Shown here: positions 14,649 to 23,445 of the stretch, piece after piece
How the letters are laid out: the number at the start of each line of letters is the position of its first letter
Position numbering within the stretch: position 1 is the first letter of the stretch
Virus record (IMG/VR): IMGVR_UViG_3300028025_002856
Span: 1 to 28,543 of that record
Strand: one strand, 5' to 3'
Source: a virus
Lineage: Duplodnaviria > Caudoviricetes
Length of the DNA: 28,543 nt
Made by a program: the position numbers and the translations under genes
Notes under the pieces: model-generated
What the model was told of the DNA's origin: nothing
The model's database searches: none
Seen by the model: the letters and a program-made list of their open reading frames with translations, nothing else

Positions 14649-14889
14649 GGTGGCACCCGCTAAAATCTGCAATAACCCTGTAGGCAACTTCCATATATAT
14701 GGAAGCTGTTGTAGCTAGGTCTTCTGGGTGGTGAAGCTCACCCTTAGCGTGTCCCCAATTGGAATTTAAATATTCTTTAAGACCAAGTGATAGTCGGTCT
14801 ACAAACTCGTCAGAAGTCATCCAACCATCTTCTAATAGGTCTTTCTTCTTATGCCTCAACGTTGTCAACTTCCCAATCAATCCACTCAA
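14632..14889 (-). CDS. Hypothetical protein (start uncertain: 14859 or 14820 more likely)
   Basis: ORF track; fills the gap in the operon. Confidence 0.6.
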   Translation of the reverse strand: MSGLIGKLTTLRHKKKDLLEDGWMTSDEFVDRLSLGLKEYLNSNWGHAKGELHHPEDLATTASIYMEVAYRVIADFSGCHHGKGN

Positions 14890-15016
14890 ATATAAGGTCG
14901 TTAATATCTATAGTGTCATCAAACCCTGACTCGTGTAGATGCTCAATAAAATCGTCATCTGCTACTAAAACTGGCAACTTTAGTCCAGCATCTAACATAC
15001 CTGGATAATTACGCAT
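14849..15016 (-). CDS. Small acidic hypothetical protein
   Basis: Start re-called at MRNYPG (ATGCGTAA overlap with the upstream stop). Confidence 0.6.
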   Translation of the reverse strand: MRNYPGMLDAGLKLPVLVADDDFIEHLHESGFDDTIDINDLIFEWIDWEVDNVEA

Positions 15017-15239
15017 CCCATTGTTCCTTCCACTCATCAATAAGCTTTCGGTTCTTTGCCATTTCTTCTTCAATCTGGGCAATCTCTTCTGGGCTCATCT
15101 TGTCTTTATTATTTTCATAAAACTCAACGCCAACATTAAAATTGGACTCAAATACTGCTAGTTGTACCTGACGACGCTCTTTAATAAAAGCATCACGCTC
15201 TGCAGCACGGCGAGCGCGTTTTTCTTGTGTCTTACTCAT
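15009..15239 (-). CDS. Helical charged hypothetical protein
   Basis: ORF track; GGAGG SD; ATGA overlap. Confidence 0.7.
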   Translation of the reverse strand: MSKTQEKRARRAAERDAFIKERRQVQLAVFESNFNVGVEFYENNKDKMSPEEIAQIEEEMAKNRKLIDEWKEQWDA

Positions 15240-15406
15240 CCTTGGCCTCCCCAGCCTCCGCCTTTAAATTGAACAGATGGTGGTGTATACGATTTAATCA
15301 TAAATTCACCGCAACCTTCGCAGGTAGGGCGCTGTGTAGCGTCAAATGCAAAATGCATCTCTACAGTGCGGTCACACTTTATACATGTGAAATCGTACTT
15401 TGGCAT
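15236..15406 (-). CDS. FmdB-family zinc-ribbon protein (56 aa)
   Basis: Hand translation MPKYDFTCIKC...PTCEGCGEFMIKSYTPPSVQFKGGGWGGQG matches MPxYxxxCxxC..CxxCG..FKGxGW. Not in the ORF track. Confidence 0.85.
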   Translation of the reverse strand: MPKYDFTCIKCDRTVEMHFAFDATQRPTCEGCGEFMIKSYTPPSVQFKGGGWGGQG

Positions 15407-15952
15407 TTAAATCTCCCGATAGTCTGGACTTTGTACCTGCTGGTAAATAGCCTTTTCATATGCAAGCGTACCATCCCCTGAGCATAGCCTTGCAAGTCCA
15501 TATGCATCGCAAGCGTTGTCATCTGTAAACGTTGGGCCCCACTTTTTGTAGGTATGTAAAATCATTTGATTCTTTTGACCTGTGCCAGCGCCAGTCACAT
15601 ACTTCTTAAGTGTGGTTGGTGGGATTATCAACGGGTACTTGTCAATATCTGCCAACTCCATCTTAACTAGGCCACCAAGCTCACCTAGATGGAATACCTT
15701 GCCCTTAGCGCCCATTGCATAGCCTTCCATGGCTACATCTATGATTTCTACTCTAGATAGCCAATCACGTATAAAAGCACGTATATCTAACATACGTGGC
15801 ATTCCGCGATTATTGGACTTATATACCTCTGCGTAATACTTATCATCTTTATACGCACACATGGCAAATCCTGTAAAGGATTGGTCTATACCTAAATAAA
15901 CTGGGCTACTGTCAGTGAGGTCGAGACCTCCTTCAGTTTTTTTAAGGGACAT
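15407..15952 (-). CDS. RuvC-like Holliday junction resolvase
   Basis: YLGIDQS, VAMEGY, LGELGG, PTTLKKYVTG.G...K, DNACDAYGLA. Start probably MSLKK (15952). Confidence 0.85.
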   Translation of the reverse strand: MSLKKTEGGLDLTDSSPVYLGIDQSFTGFAMCAYKDDKYYAEVYKSNNRGMPRMLDIRAFIRDWLSRVEIIDVAMEGYAMGAKGKVFHLGELGGLVKMELADIDKYPLIIPPTTLKKYVTGAGTGQKNQMILHTYKKWGPTFTDDNACDAYGLARLCSGDGTLAYEKAIYQQVQSPDYREI

Positions 15953-16436
15953 ATCTGTTAAACGAACCACTGCGAGCGTTTGAGGTACGACGTGTCAACT
16001 CACGGCTAGTGAGTGAGTAGTAGCGCTCTAAGTTCTCTAGGTGGGTCTCTAACAGCTTGCGATAGGCATATGCAAAGTCCTTAGCCTTAGCCAAAGCGAT
16101 TACCTCTGGCTCTGTTACAACAGCTGCTTTAAGCATCACAGACTTCTCTGTGCTCTTGCCTGTTGTCTTGCCAAGCAAACCTTTAGCAACAGTCATGTCG
16201 TATGAGCTATCAGCCTCAGCCTCTGCAAGGGTGGCGCAAGCTACTTGAGTACGAATGAAGTTAAGGTTCTCCATGTACTTGCTAGCCATAATCATTAGCT
16301 CTTGTTCATCAATCGAAGTGATATCTTCTGGGAAGTCAGGTAATTCTAACTTCATTGAGCGCTTGATAGGAAGGCCTTGGTTTTCTAATACCTTTAATAC
16401 TTCTTCACTAATACCTGTTGCAACTAACTCAGTCAT
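15942..16436 (-). CDS. Coiled-coil hypothetical protein, possibly UvsY-like recombination mediator
   Basis: All-helical, basic C-terminus (SRELTRR), located in the recombination cluster. GGAGGA SD before MTELV. Function is inference. Confidence 0.5.
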   Translation of the reverse strand: MTELVATGISEEVLKVLENQGLPIKRSMKLELPDFPEDITSIDEQELMIMASKYMENLNFIRTQVACATLAEAEADSSYDMTVAKGLLGKTTGKSTEKSVMLKAAVVTEPEVIALAKAKDFAYAYRKLLETHLENLERYYSLTSRELTRRTSNARSGSFNRYVP

Positions 16437-17286
16437 TGAATCCTCCACATCGTGAGCATTGGCCCCAGGCATCAATATTACATGCTGGTGGGGTGTTATT
16501 TTTAACTGCCTCTACAATCATAGCAGCAGCCTCGAACAGTGGTGCAATAGCAAAATCAGACTTAGGTACTACAAATTCTTTTGCAGACTGGTCTGCCTTG
16601 TTCTCATAAATGAGTACGGCTTCCTGTGGTACATCTGGATACCCAATTAATTCTGCAAGCTTCATATAAATCTGTACTTGATTAATGTGCTTCTCAAACG
16701 GAGCTTTAATATCAGGCCATACCTTGGTCATATCTCCACCGTGTTGAGCCATCAACTGTGGTGCTTCCCAACGAATGGTGCCTGCACCGATTGACTTAAT
16801 CTCTAGCATTAGTGGGTCACCTAGATTAACTAACCAACCATCTGAGTGTCCTGAGATACGCAGTGGTTCATAAAACAACGGAACTTCACGGTATTCCAAT
16901 GGACCATCGTGACAATCCGAACCGCCCCAGAACTCTTCTTCACACTCAATGCAGTACCACTTGCCATACAGTGTTCCCATTTCTTGGAACCACTTCTGCC
17001 ACTTAGCGTGGATAGCGTGGCCTTCTGCAAATACTGAGTGTGTCTGTAACTTCATAACACGGTTACTTATTGGGGCATGACCCTTTAGATGGAAGTAAGA
17101 AGCGCGGTAACACCACTCATCACTGACCATATCGGATGGGTGTAGAACATCTGTTCTACGGCTCATGTCACGTGGTTTAGAAATTAAATGACGTTCTACA
17201 GAACCTATTACTCTACTGTTCTTTTTAGCCACGTCGACGAATGCTTTCAGGGAGCCAGTAATTTGCTGTGGTTTGTTTGCTTTCAT
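16429..17286 (-). CDS. Cas4-like PD-(D/E)XK exonuclease (solo, phage type)
   Basis: LHPS..WC, GHAIH..WQ, GHSDG, LEIKS, QVQIY, LIYENK and C-terminal C-x7-CxxC. Confidence 0.85.
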   Translation of the reverse strand: MKANKPQQITGSLKAFVDVAKKNSRVIGSVERHLISKPRDMSRRTDVLHPSDMVSDEWCYRASYFHLKGHAPISNRVMKLQTHSVFAEGHAIHAKWQKWFQEMGTLYGKWYCIECEEEFWGGSDCHDGPLEYREVPLFYEPLRISGHSDGWLVNLGDPLMLEIKSIGAGTIRWEAPQLMAQHGGDMTKVWPDIKAPFEKHINQVQIYMKLAELIGYPDVPQEAVLIYENKADQSAKEFVVPKSDFAIAPLFEAAAMIVEAVKNNTPPACNIDAWGQCSRCGGFND

Positions 17287-17298
17287 TGCAACAACCTA

Positions 17299-17616
17299 TC
17301 ACAATTTCTCCTCTGATACCCATTCCTTGAAGGTCTTTCCTTCTTTATTTGCTTTACGCTTTAAAGCGTTACGTTCACGGTGTGACATACCACCCCAGAT
17401 ACCATGCTGTTCATCCATACTATCGGCGTACAAAAGACACTGCTTACGTACAGGGCACTCTGGCAATCCATCTTTTCCATAGCACGTAGCTTTAGAAATG
17501 GTTGCTATCTTTTTATATTTTGCTTTGTCTCTTGGTGGAAACCAAAGCTCGGTGTCCATGCCACGGCACTTAGCGTTATGACGCCAACCTTCTACGTGCC
17601 CGATGTCTTCGTACAA
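17299..17616 (-). CDS. whiB: WhiB-family Fe-S transcription factor
   Basis: W...AKC...DTELWFP, CPVRKQCL.YA, GIWGG.S..ER. TTG start with AGGAG SD. Confidence 0.9.
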   Translation of the reverse strand: MYEDIGHVEGWRHNAKCRGMDTELWFPPRDKAKYKKIATISKATCYGKDGLPECPVRKQCLLYADSMDEQHGIWGGMSHRERNALKRKANKEGKTFKEWVSEEKL

Positions 17617-17933
17617 TTACACTCCTGGAGGTAGTGGCGCAGCTCCAGGAAATCATCTTCGGTTAACATTACGTAGTTTTCACCATTAAGGTGAAAGCCG
17701 AGGACAGGCATCCGACTCTCAACGATTGCTTCGTTGACAATCTTTTCTAGAACCGCAGCCTTGACGGTTACGGAGGTTTTGCCCGTCCACTTATGCTCTA
17801 TGAGCAAATCATCTGAACGTACATCACCTTTACGACTCCAAAATGCGCCGCTTCCAGCTGAACGCTGTCCGCCGACTGCTTTTGCAAGTCTGTCCTCGTG
17901 CTTCTTAGATTCTTTCTGTCCTTTAGTCCTCAT
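17592..17933 (-). CDS. Hjc-like PD-(D/E)XK nuclease / Holliday junction resolvase
   Basis: HEDRLAK..GG.R..GSGA...KGDV...LLIEHK.T.K.S. Confidence 0.7.
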   Translation of the reverse strand: MRTKGQKESKKHEDRLAKAVGGQRSAGSGAFWSRKGDVRSDDLLIEHKWTGKTSVTVKAAVLEKIVNEAIVESRMPVLGFHLNGENYVMLTEDDFLELRHYLQECNCTKTSGT

Positions 17934-18987
17934 CGGATGCTACAAACTTAGACCCTGCTTTAATAGAGTCCAGCACGTCGCGTTCTAAAGTTTCTTTAAG
18001 GTCTATCTCTTCCCGTATGGAGGCAAGCATAGCATCCTGGCCCATCCACTGTCGAGTCTCGCCTTGATACTCATAGCGGTAGTAAGCACCAGCTCGGGTA
18101 ATAACCCTGTTAAGGATACCCATAGCCATAATCTCCTTGCCAAAATCAATCTCTCCAGCAGGAACTGAGCCACCTTCTGCAAAATAGAAATCAAAAGTAG
18201 CAACCTGTGAAGGTGGGGCTGACTTATTTTTAATAACTCTGGCTTTAATAGTCTGACCAATACGCTTCTTATCTTGTCCTGTGCCTACTTCAATCCACTC
18301 ACTATCACGACGAACCTCCATGCGAGTAAAGAACGCATAGTCCTTACCTAGACCACCTGGGGTAGTGCGAGGGTCGCCATACATAACGCCAATCTTTGAG
18401 CGCCACTGGTTAATTAAAAGGCCGATGAAAGGGCGCTCAGCCTCAGTGAGGGAGCGCTTAGATGCCTTGCCTACCTTGCGGAAGAATTTATTAGTAAGAA
18501 GCGCTGAGCGTCCTACAGTAGATTCCTCCATCTCCTTATCGTCTTCTGCTGAAGGGACCAAGGCAGGTAGCGAATCAATAACAATACAATCGACCGCTTT
18601 AGACCCAGTAATCTCGATGACTGTCTCATAAGCTTCCTCCATAATGTTGGTTGATACAACATACAAACGGGATACATCTACACCGCAAAGCTCTGCATAC
18701 TCTGGAACCCATTGCTCTGCAGCAATCCATACAGCTGTGAACTCTGGGTCTTTCTTTTGATTAGCCGCAATAGTCTTAAGAGCAATAGCAGTCTTTCCGT
18801 TGCTAGCTTCACCAATAATCTCATGCCACTGATTAGTAGGCCATCCACCACCTAGTGCTACGTCTAAAGAAACTGAACCAGTGGTTAAACGCCCAATGCC
18901 CTCAGTAATATCAGAGCCAATAACTATAGTGTCAGAACCGTACTTCTTATTAATCTTTGTTATTAGTTTAGTTAATTCTGCGTTCAT
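17923..18987 (-). CDS. recA: RecA-like recombinase
   Basis: TGSVSLDVALGGGWP, Walker A GEASNGKT, Walker B IVIDSLPALVP, INQWR.KIGVMYGDP.TTPGG, KNK.APP, RAGAYY. Confidence 0.95.
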   Translation of the reverse strand: MNAELTKLITKINKKYGSDTIVIGSDITEGIGRLTTGSVSLDVALGGGWPTNQWHEIIGEASNGKTAIALKTIAANQKKDPEFTAVWIAAEQWVPEYAELCGVDVSRLYVVSTNIMEEAYETVIEITGSKAVDCIVIDSLPALVPSAEDDKEMEESTVGRSALLTNKFFRKVGKASKRSLTEAERPFIGLLINQWRSKIGVMYGDPRTTPGGLGKDYAFFTRMEVRRDSEWIEVGTGQDKKRIGQTIKARVIKNKSAPPSQVATFDFYFAEGGSVPAGEIDFGKEIMAMGILNRVITRAGAYYRYEYQGETRQWMGQDAMLASIREEIDLKETLERDVLDSIKAGSKFVASDED

Positions 18988-19352
18988 TAAATGTGTCCAA
19001 TGATTGTCTGTGGGTTAAATCCGCCTGATTGCACTTGCTTTGCAGGTTGAGCAGGACCGCCAGATGACTGTCCTCCAACAATACCCTTACCTACTCCTGA
19101 ACCTGATTGTTGAATTGGGTATCCGCAGTCGTAACAACGCTTACGTGCTTCTGGGGATGAACCACCATAGTTACCACTTCCACATCCTGGGCAACGCTCT
19201 GCTTGAGGAGTTGCTTGCTGTGTAGGTGGGTATTGTGGCTGTGAAGGTTGAACATACGTTGCAGGTTGCGGTGCTACATATGCTGGTTGAGTTGGGGCAG
19301 CCTGCGGTGTTGCAGGTGTGCCTAGTTTAGTTGCCCACCAATTACTGCTCAT
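18987..19352 (-). CDS. Pro/Gln-rich zinc-ribbon protein
   Basis: CPGCGS...RCYDCGYP; overlaps recA start. Confidence 0.75.
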   Translation of the reverse strand: MSSNWWATKLGTPATPQAAPTQPAYVAPQPATYVQPSQPQYPPTQQATPQAERCPGCGSGNYGGSSPEARKRCYDCGYPIQQSGSGVGKGIVGGQSSGGPAQPAKQVQSGGFNPQTIIGHI

Positions 19353-19815
19353 CTAGTACCCGATTCTCCCACTCTGTCTTTTGTATATCGCCTGGCTCAA
19401 TCAATCCTATTTCCATAGCCGAAGCGAAGGCTCCCATGATAGCGGATAAACTTACAATTTTATACAGCACACGCATAGTGCCAAGTTCACGCTCAATCTC
19501 TTCAACATTATCGGGGTTGTCTTTAGTAATCTCATCTACCTGTACAGCTGTAATAACATCAGCGGCTATGTCAGCCATAGAATCTAGGTAAGGCATTAGA
19601 TACCCAATGTTATCCAAACGCACTTCACTGTCTTCGCGTTCTTTTTCGTCACCTTCTTCACTAGCCCTATTGAGTCCCATAACTTCTACAACATCGTTAG
19701 GCTCACCTAATTCTGTGTCATAGATGTACCAACGAAGGATGGTACTAAGGGGAATATCTCTAGTAAAGATTTGATAGTTGTCATCTTTTTTCTTAAAACG
19801 GTCAAAGAAACTCAC
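19342..19815 (-). CDS. Acidic hypothetical protein
   Basis: ORF track; GTGA overlap with the polymerase stop. Confidence 0.75.
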   Translation of the reverse strand: MSFFDRFKKKDDNYQIFTRDIPLSTILRWYIYDTELGEPNDVVEVMGLNRASEEGDEKEREDSEVRLDNIGYLMPYLDSMADIAADVITAVQVDEITKDNPDNVEEIERELGTMRVLYKIVSLSAIMGAFASAMEIGLIEPGDIQKTEWENRVLDEQ

Positions 19816-21785
19816 TTAGCTTCTCCCCACCGCTGAACAACCTTAACATCTGCAATCAATGGGACATCTAGCATGTTGATACCTTCCATAGCTTCTCTAA
19901 TTGCTTCTCGTGTCTCATCAACTAAGTGGTCAGGTGTGATGGTGACCAATTCATCGTGCACTGTCAATAGGAGGTGGGATTCTTTAGGGATTAAATCGTG
20001 TGCCCTAATCATAGCAAGCTTCATGATGTCAGCAGCAGAACCCTGAATACGGGTGTTGAACGCCTGACGCTCAGCGCTGCCACGTTCGGCAAAGTTCTTA
20101 GAGTTAATCTCAGGTATATAACGCTTACGTCCCATGATAGTGGTGACGTAGTTCTTAACCTTGGTAGCCCCAATGACCTTAATCCTGTAGCGATTGATAT
20201 TGGCAAACTTAACAGCAAAGTCGCTGAGCAAGTTCTTTGCCTCTGTAATAGAACACCCAATAGAACGAGCAATCTTATCTGGGCCTACACCATAAGCCAT
20301 AGCAAGCACCAAAGTCTTACCGCCCTGACGGTTAACACCCATAACATCACCAACAGTTGTATAGATGTCGCTACCCTCTTTGTAGTTCTTTAACATAATA
20401 GGGTCTTGCGACATAGACGCAATGATGCGTGGCTCAATCTGTGAGTAGTCAGCAACTACTAACTTGTAACCTTCTGGAGCGTAGAAGAGGTTTCGGATAG
20501 CTTTTCCGTGAGCTGTGGCTGGATTTGGTACGTTCTGCAAGTTTGGGTTACGGCTAGAGAAACGACCCGTCTCTGCCCCATGCTGTATGAAGTCGCAGTG
20601 TAAACGACCTTCGACGAGGAGGCTGTCTTTAACTTCAATTTTAGATTTTCCGCCTGTTGTTCGTACAACTTCTCCTCCTAGATACGGGATTACGTAGGTG
20701 CTTAACAACTTGTTAAGGTCTGCGTACTCAAGCATTGCCTTTACTAATGGGTCCTTCTCACGATATGGCTCCAGCGCCTCTGCTGATACAGAGTAGTCAG
20801 ACACTTCTAACTCTCTACCTTCCATGTCTTTCTTAATACCTTTGCCAGTAAGAACCTTAGGCTTTAGACCACGACCACCCATGTCCTTAGATGTATACAA
20901 CAGTTCTTGTTTCTCTGGATTGGAGTTGAGGTTAAACACACGACCTGCAACTGAGTAGATGGTCTCCCTAGTTGCTTCAATGTCTTTCTCTAGTTGATGG
21001 TGTAGTTCTTCTAACGCGTTCTCATCAATAGGTGCGCCTGCTAACTTCATGTGGCATAGAACCTTTAGTACATCCATCTCTAGTTTCATGATGTTTTCTA
21101 CTTCTGCAGCCTTAATCTTTTCTTTTACTACCTTCCATAAAGCAAAGGTGTACTTGGCATCTAAGTAGGCATACTTAGCAACAATATCAAACGCATGGAT
21201 TTCTACCTGAGCACCCACGCCCTTGGTCATCTTGTACCCAAGCTCACGCTCCAGGCAATCATCTAAACCGCACTTGTTCTTATTGCGGTTGTCATAGATA
21301 AACGAGCCAACCATAGTGTCAAAGTAAGGACCTGATGGGATATTGCCACCTAGATACTTTGCTACGGATGTTAGGTCAAAGACTAAGTTGTGACCAATAG
21401 TTAAAATGTCTTCGTTAAAAAACAACGGCTTTAACGCGTTGAATACCTCTGTTGGGTATAGCTGTTGTGGGGCTGGGCCAAAGACCTGTGTAGCCTTCTT
21501 ATCGTCAGCAGAGTAATCAGCTTCTCGTACTTCTAAACCTTTATCTTTACGCTTTTGTCCCTGCCCTGTAAGTGGGCGGATAGTCTCAATGAACTCACCG
21601 TTAGGATGTCCCATAGGAATAACATCCCCGCGTCCATGTGTAGCAAAGCTTAGCCACAGGACTTCATTAACTACTGTAACTCCACGGCGTGGTCCTACTG
21701 TTTCGCAGTCGTATGCAAATGCATCCTGCTTAAGATAGTAAGCCACCATCTCTTCTAGCTGTTCTTTAGTTGTAATAATGTTCAT
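19812..21785 (-). CDS. polA: Family A DNA polymerase (3'-5' exo + polymerase, no 5'-3' exo)
   Basis: ExoI AYDCET, ExoII GHNLVFD, ExoIII YAYLD; TGRFSSRNPNLQN; motif A ADYSQIEPR; motif B RQGGKTLVLAMAYG; motif C VHDELV. Confidence 0.95.
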   Translation of the reverse strand: MNIITTKEQLEEMVAYYLKQDAFAYDCETVGPRRGVTVVNEVLWLSFATHGRGDVIPMGHPNGEFIETIRPLTGQGQKRKDKGLEVREADYSADDKKATQVFGPAPQQLYPTEVFNALKPLFFNEDILTIGHNLVFDLTSVAKYLGGNIPSGPYFDTMVGSFIYDNRNKNKCGLDDCLERELGYKMTKGVGAQVEIHAFDIVAKYAYLDAKYTFALWKVVKEKIKAAEVENIMKLEMDVLKVLCHMKLAGAPIDENALEELHHQLEKDIEATRETIYSVAGRVFNLNSNPEKQELLYTSKDMGGRGLKPKVLTGKGIKKDMEGRELEVSDYSVSAEALEPYREKDPLVKAMLEYADLNKLLSTYVIPYLGGEVVRTTGGKSKIEVKDSLLVEGRLHCDFIQHGAETGRFSSRNPNLQNVPNPATAHGKAIRNLFYAPEGYKLVVADYSQIEPRIIASMSQDPIMLKNYKEGSDIYTTVGDVMGVNRQGGKTLVLAMAYGVGPDKIARSIGCSITEAKNLLSDFAVKFANINRYRIKVIGATKVKNYVTTIMGRKRYIPEINSKNFAERGSAERQAFNTRIQGSAADIMKLAMIRAHDLIPKESHLLLTVHDELVTITPDHLVDETREAIREAMEGINMLDVPLIADVKVVQRWGEAK

Positions 21786-21804
21786 AGGTTCCTTAAATAG
21801 AAGA

Positions 21805-21839
21805 AGGCTGGGGGTCTTAGCACGTGTTGCCCCCAGCCT
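21805..21839 (-). terminator. GC-rich hairpin between SSB and polA
   Basis: 10-bp stem AGGCTGGGGG/CCCCCAGCCT with a 15-nt loop, followed on the minus strand by TCTTCTATTT. Confidence 0.6.
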
Positions 21840-21850
21840 ACTACTAAAGA

Positions 21851-22516
21851 TTAGAGAAGGGAATTAGCAATTTCTTCCAACTCTTCCCAAGTGTGCTCCT
21901 TGATTACAGAGCGCTCGAAAGGTTGGATAGCAGCTACGCCTTCTTCTGCCATCTTCTCATCAATGCCCCAGTCCTCAGCGAGGTCACGTGGCTTGATTGA
22001 GTTAAGGTTGTAGACAGTCTGTTGCATCTTGCCTGTACGGCTAAGTGCCCAGTAGTTCTTGGTCAATGGACCCTGTGGTGAAAACTCTGCAGAGTGAAGT
22101 GTCTTGTATAGACGTGGGCTTGCAATCAACATCTGACGTTGTACACCTGATGGTGTTACTACGGCAATTGTAAATGCTCGCTTGTCTTCAGGCTTGCTGC
22201 CAAGCTTTGTGCACAATGGGTCGTTAGAACCAAGAGAAACGTATGAACGCTTACCTACAGTTTTCTGTTGTAGGAAGTGTTGTTTGTAGATTGCAAAAGG
22301 ACCATTCTGGTCGATGAACTTAATTACGGTGAACTCACCGTCGGTGAACTTAAACTCCGTAGGGAAGTCACCTGAAGAAGTTGAGAGCTTATCTGCTGCA
22401 TCCCAACCTGATTGTACTGCTGTTGATGATGCTTGCTCTGGACGACCTTCGACCTTAGCGTCGATAGTAAAGTCATCAGTAGCAGGCATATATTCGTCTG
22501 TTCTGTTGATAGCCAT
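21851..22516 (-). CDS. Single-stranded DNA-binding protein (gp32-like), probable
   Basis: IKFID..PFAIYKQHF..SYV....DPLC, YWALSRTG..QTVYNL, acidic ends; directly upstream of polA. Confidence 0.6.
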   Translation of the reverse strand: MAINRTDEYMPATDDFTIDAKVEGRPEQASSTAVQSGWDAADKLSTSSGDFPTEFKFTDGEFTVIKFIDQNGPFAIYKQHFLQQKTVGKRSYVSLGSNDPLCTKLGSKPEDKRAFTIAVVTPSGVQRQMLIASPRLYKTLHSAEFSPQGPLTKNYWALSRTGKMQQTVYNLNSIKPRDLAEDWGIDEKMAEEGVAAIQPFERSVIKEHTWEELEEIANSLL

Positions 22517-22530
22517 TTGTTTCCTTTGTT

Positions 22531-22992
22531 TTAGTGGTTTTTAGTTTCTTCTGCACGGATGTTACTCCATGCTTCAGTTATTGCATCAGTCAGCTGCTTG
22601 TTAGGCCACTGTATCCTAGTTTTATTTAGGAAGCCAGCCTTTCCAAATAACTCAACTGCTACATCAATCTGGGACCGTGAGTATAACCTACGACCCTTTA
22701 TTTCCTTTCCCGTGGCATCTGTCTTATCACCTAAGCGATATGACGGAGCAGGTAGGTAGCCTTCCTTCATCCAATAACGGATGGTAACAAGTGGGCGACC
22801 TAGCGCTACTGCTAACGCACCAATGGTATAGAACTCCATGTCCCGACCATTAGGTAGCGTCTTCTTAATTGGATTGATTGTCCAATCAGAATCCTTTTTA
22901 CTTACCTTCTCTTCTTTTACGCGACGTTTGCGTTTACTGTTTGGATAGTAGTCATCCAAATCAGATAAGAAGTTATCAATCTTATCTGTCAT
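22531..22992 (-). CDS. MerR-like helix-turn-helix DNA-binding protein
   Basis: FYTIGALAVALGRPLVTIRYWMKEGYLP...GRRLYS. Confidence 0.8.
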   Translation of the reverse strand: MTDKIDNFLSDLDDYYPNSKRKRRVKEEKVSKKDSDWTINPIKKTLPNGRDMEFYTIGALAVALGRPLVTIRYWMKEGYLPAPSYRLGDKTDATGKEIKGRRLYSRSQIDVAVELFGKAGFLNKTRIQWPNKQLTDAITEAWSNIRAEETKNH

Positions 22993-23385
22993 TTATTTTC
23001 CTACGATGAACGCGTAACTGACCTTAGATGGAAACATCGTATCGATGTCTTCTTCTGACAAGTGACCGTTATAAAACGCAGCCATAATTGCTGACTCGTC
23101 AAGTGTGGGAATCATTTTGATACAGGTATCTTTAATACCTTTTTTAGTAAGAATTAATTCTGCTGCAGCAAGGTCGAGGTTCTTAGACACACGACGCTGT
23201 TTCATAATCTGTTGGTCTTCATTGTACTTAAGTACGATGTGACCCTTTTCGTCTTCTGCACCAAACTCTTCAATCGTTTCGGTGAGACGCTTTTTAATAA
23301 TTGTCTGACGTTCTGTCAGTTGTGTAATCTGGTCCTTAAGGACTGTGAACTGCTTTACATCTTCTACTACGGCATCTTGATTCAT
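22993..23385 (-). CDS. Hypothetical protein (130 aa) with N-terminal coiled coil
   Basis: ORF track; AGGA SD and clear upstream promoter. Confidence 0.75.
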   Translation of the reverse strand: MNQDAVVEDVKQFTVLKDQITQLTERQTIIKKRLTETIEEFGAEDEKGHIVLKYNEDQQIMKQRRVSKNLDLAAAELILTKKGIKDTCIKMIPTLDESAIMAAFYNGHLSEEDIDTMFPSKVSYAFIVGK

Positions 23386-23415
23386 AAGTTTCCTAACGTT
23401 TAGGTTGTTAGGTCT

Positions 23416-23444
23416 AACTTAGTGGACGCCTAGAAGGCTGTCAA
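23416..23444 (-). promoter_or_regulatory. Sigma-A-type promoter TTGACA-N17-TAAGTT
   Basis: Consensus -35 and exact 17-nt spacer. Heads the HTH-SSB-polA block. Confidence 0.8.
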
Positions 23445-23445
23445 G

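Noticed and set aside
16429-17286. CRISPR-Cas locus suggested by the Cas4-like gene
   Set aside because: No repeat-spacer array or other cas genes were seen. Solo Cas4-like nucleases are common in phage recombination modules.
19812-21785. DpoZ (2-aminoadenine) polymerase
   Set aside because: No purZ, datZ or mazZ in the window; cannot be supported from motifs alone.
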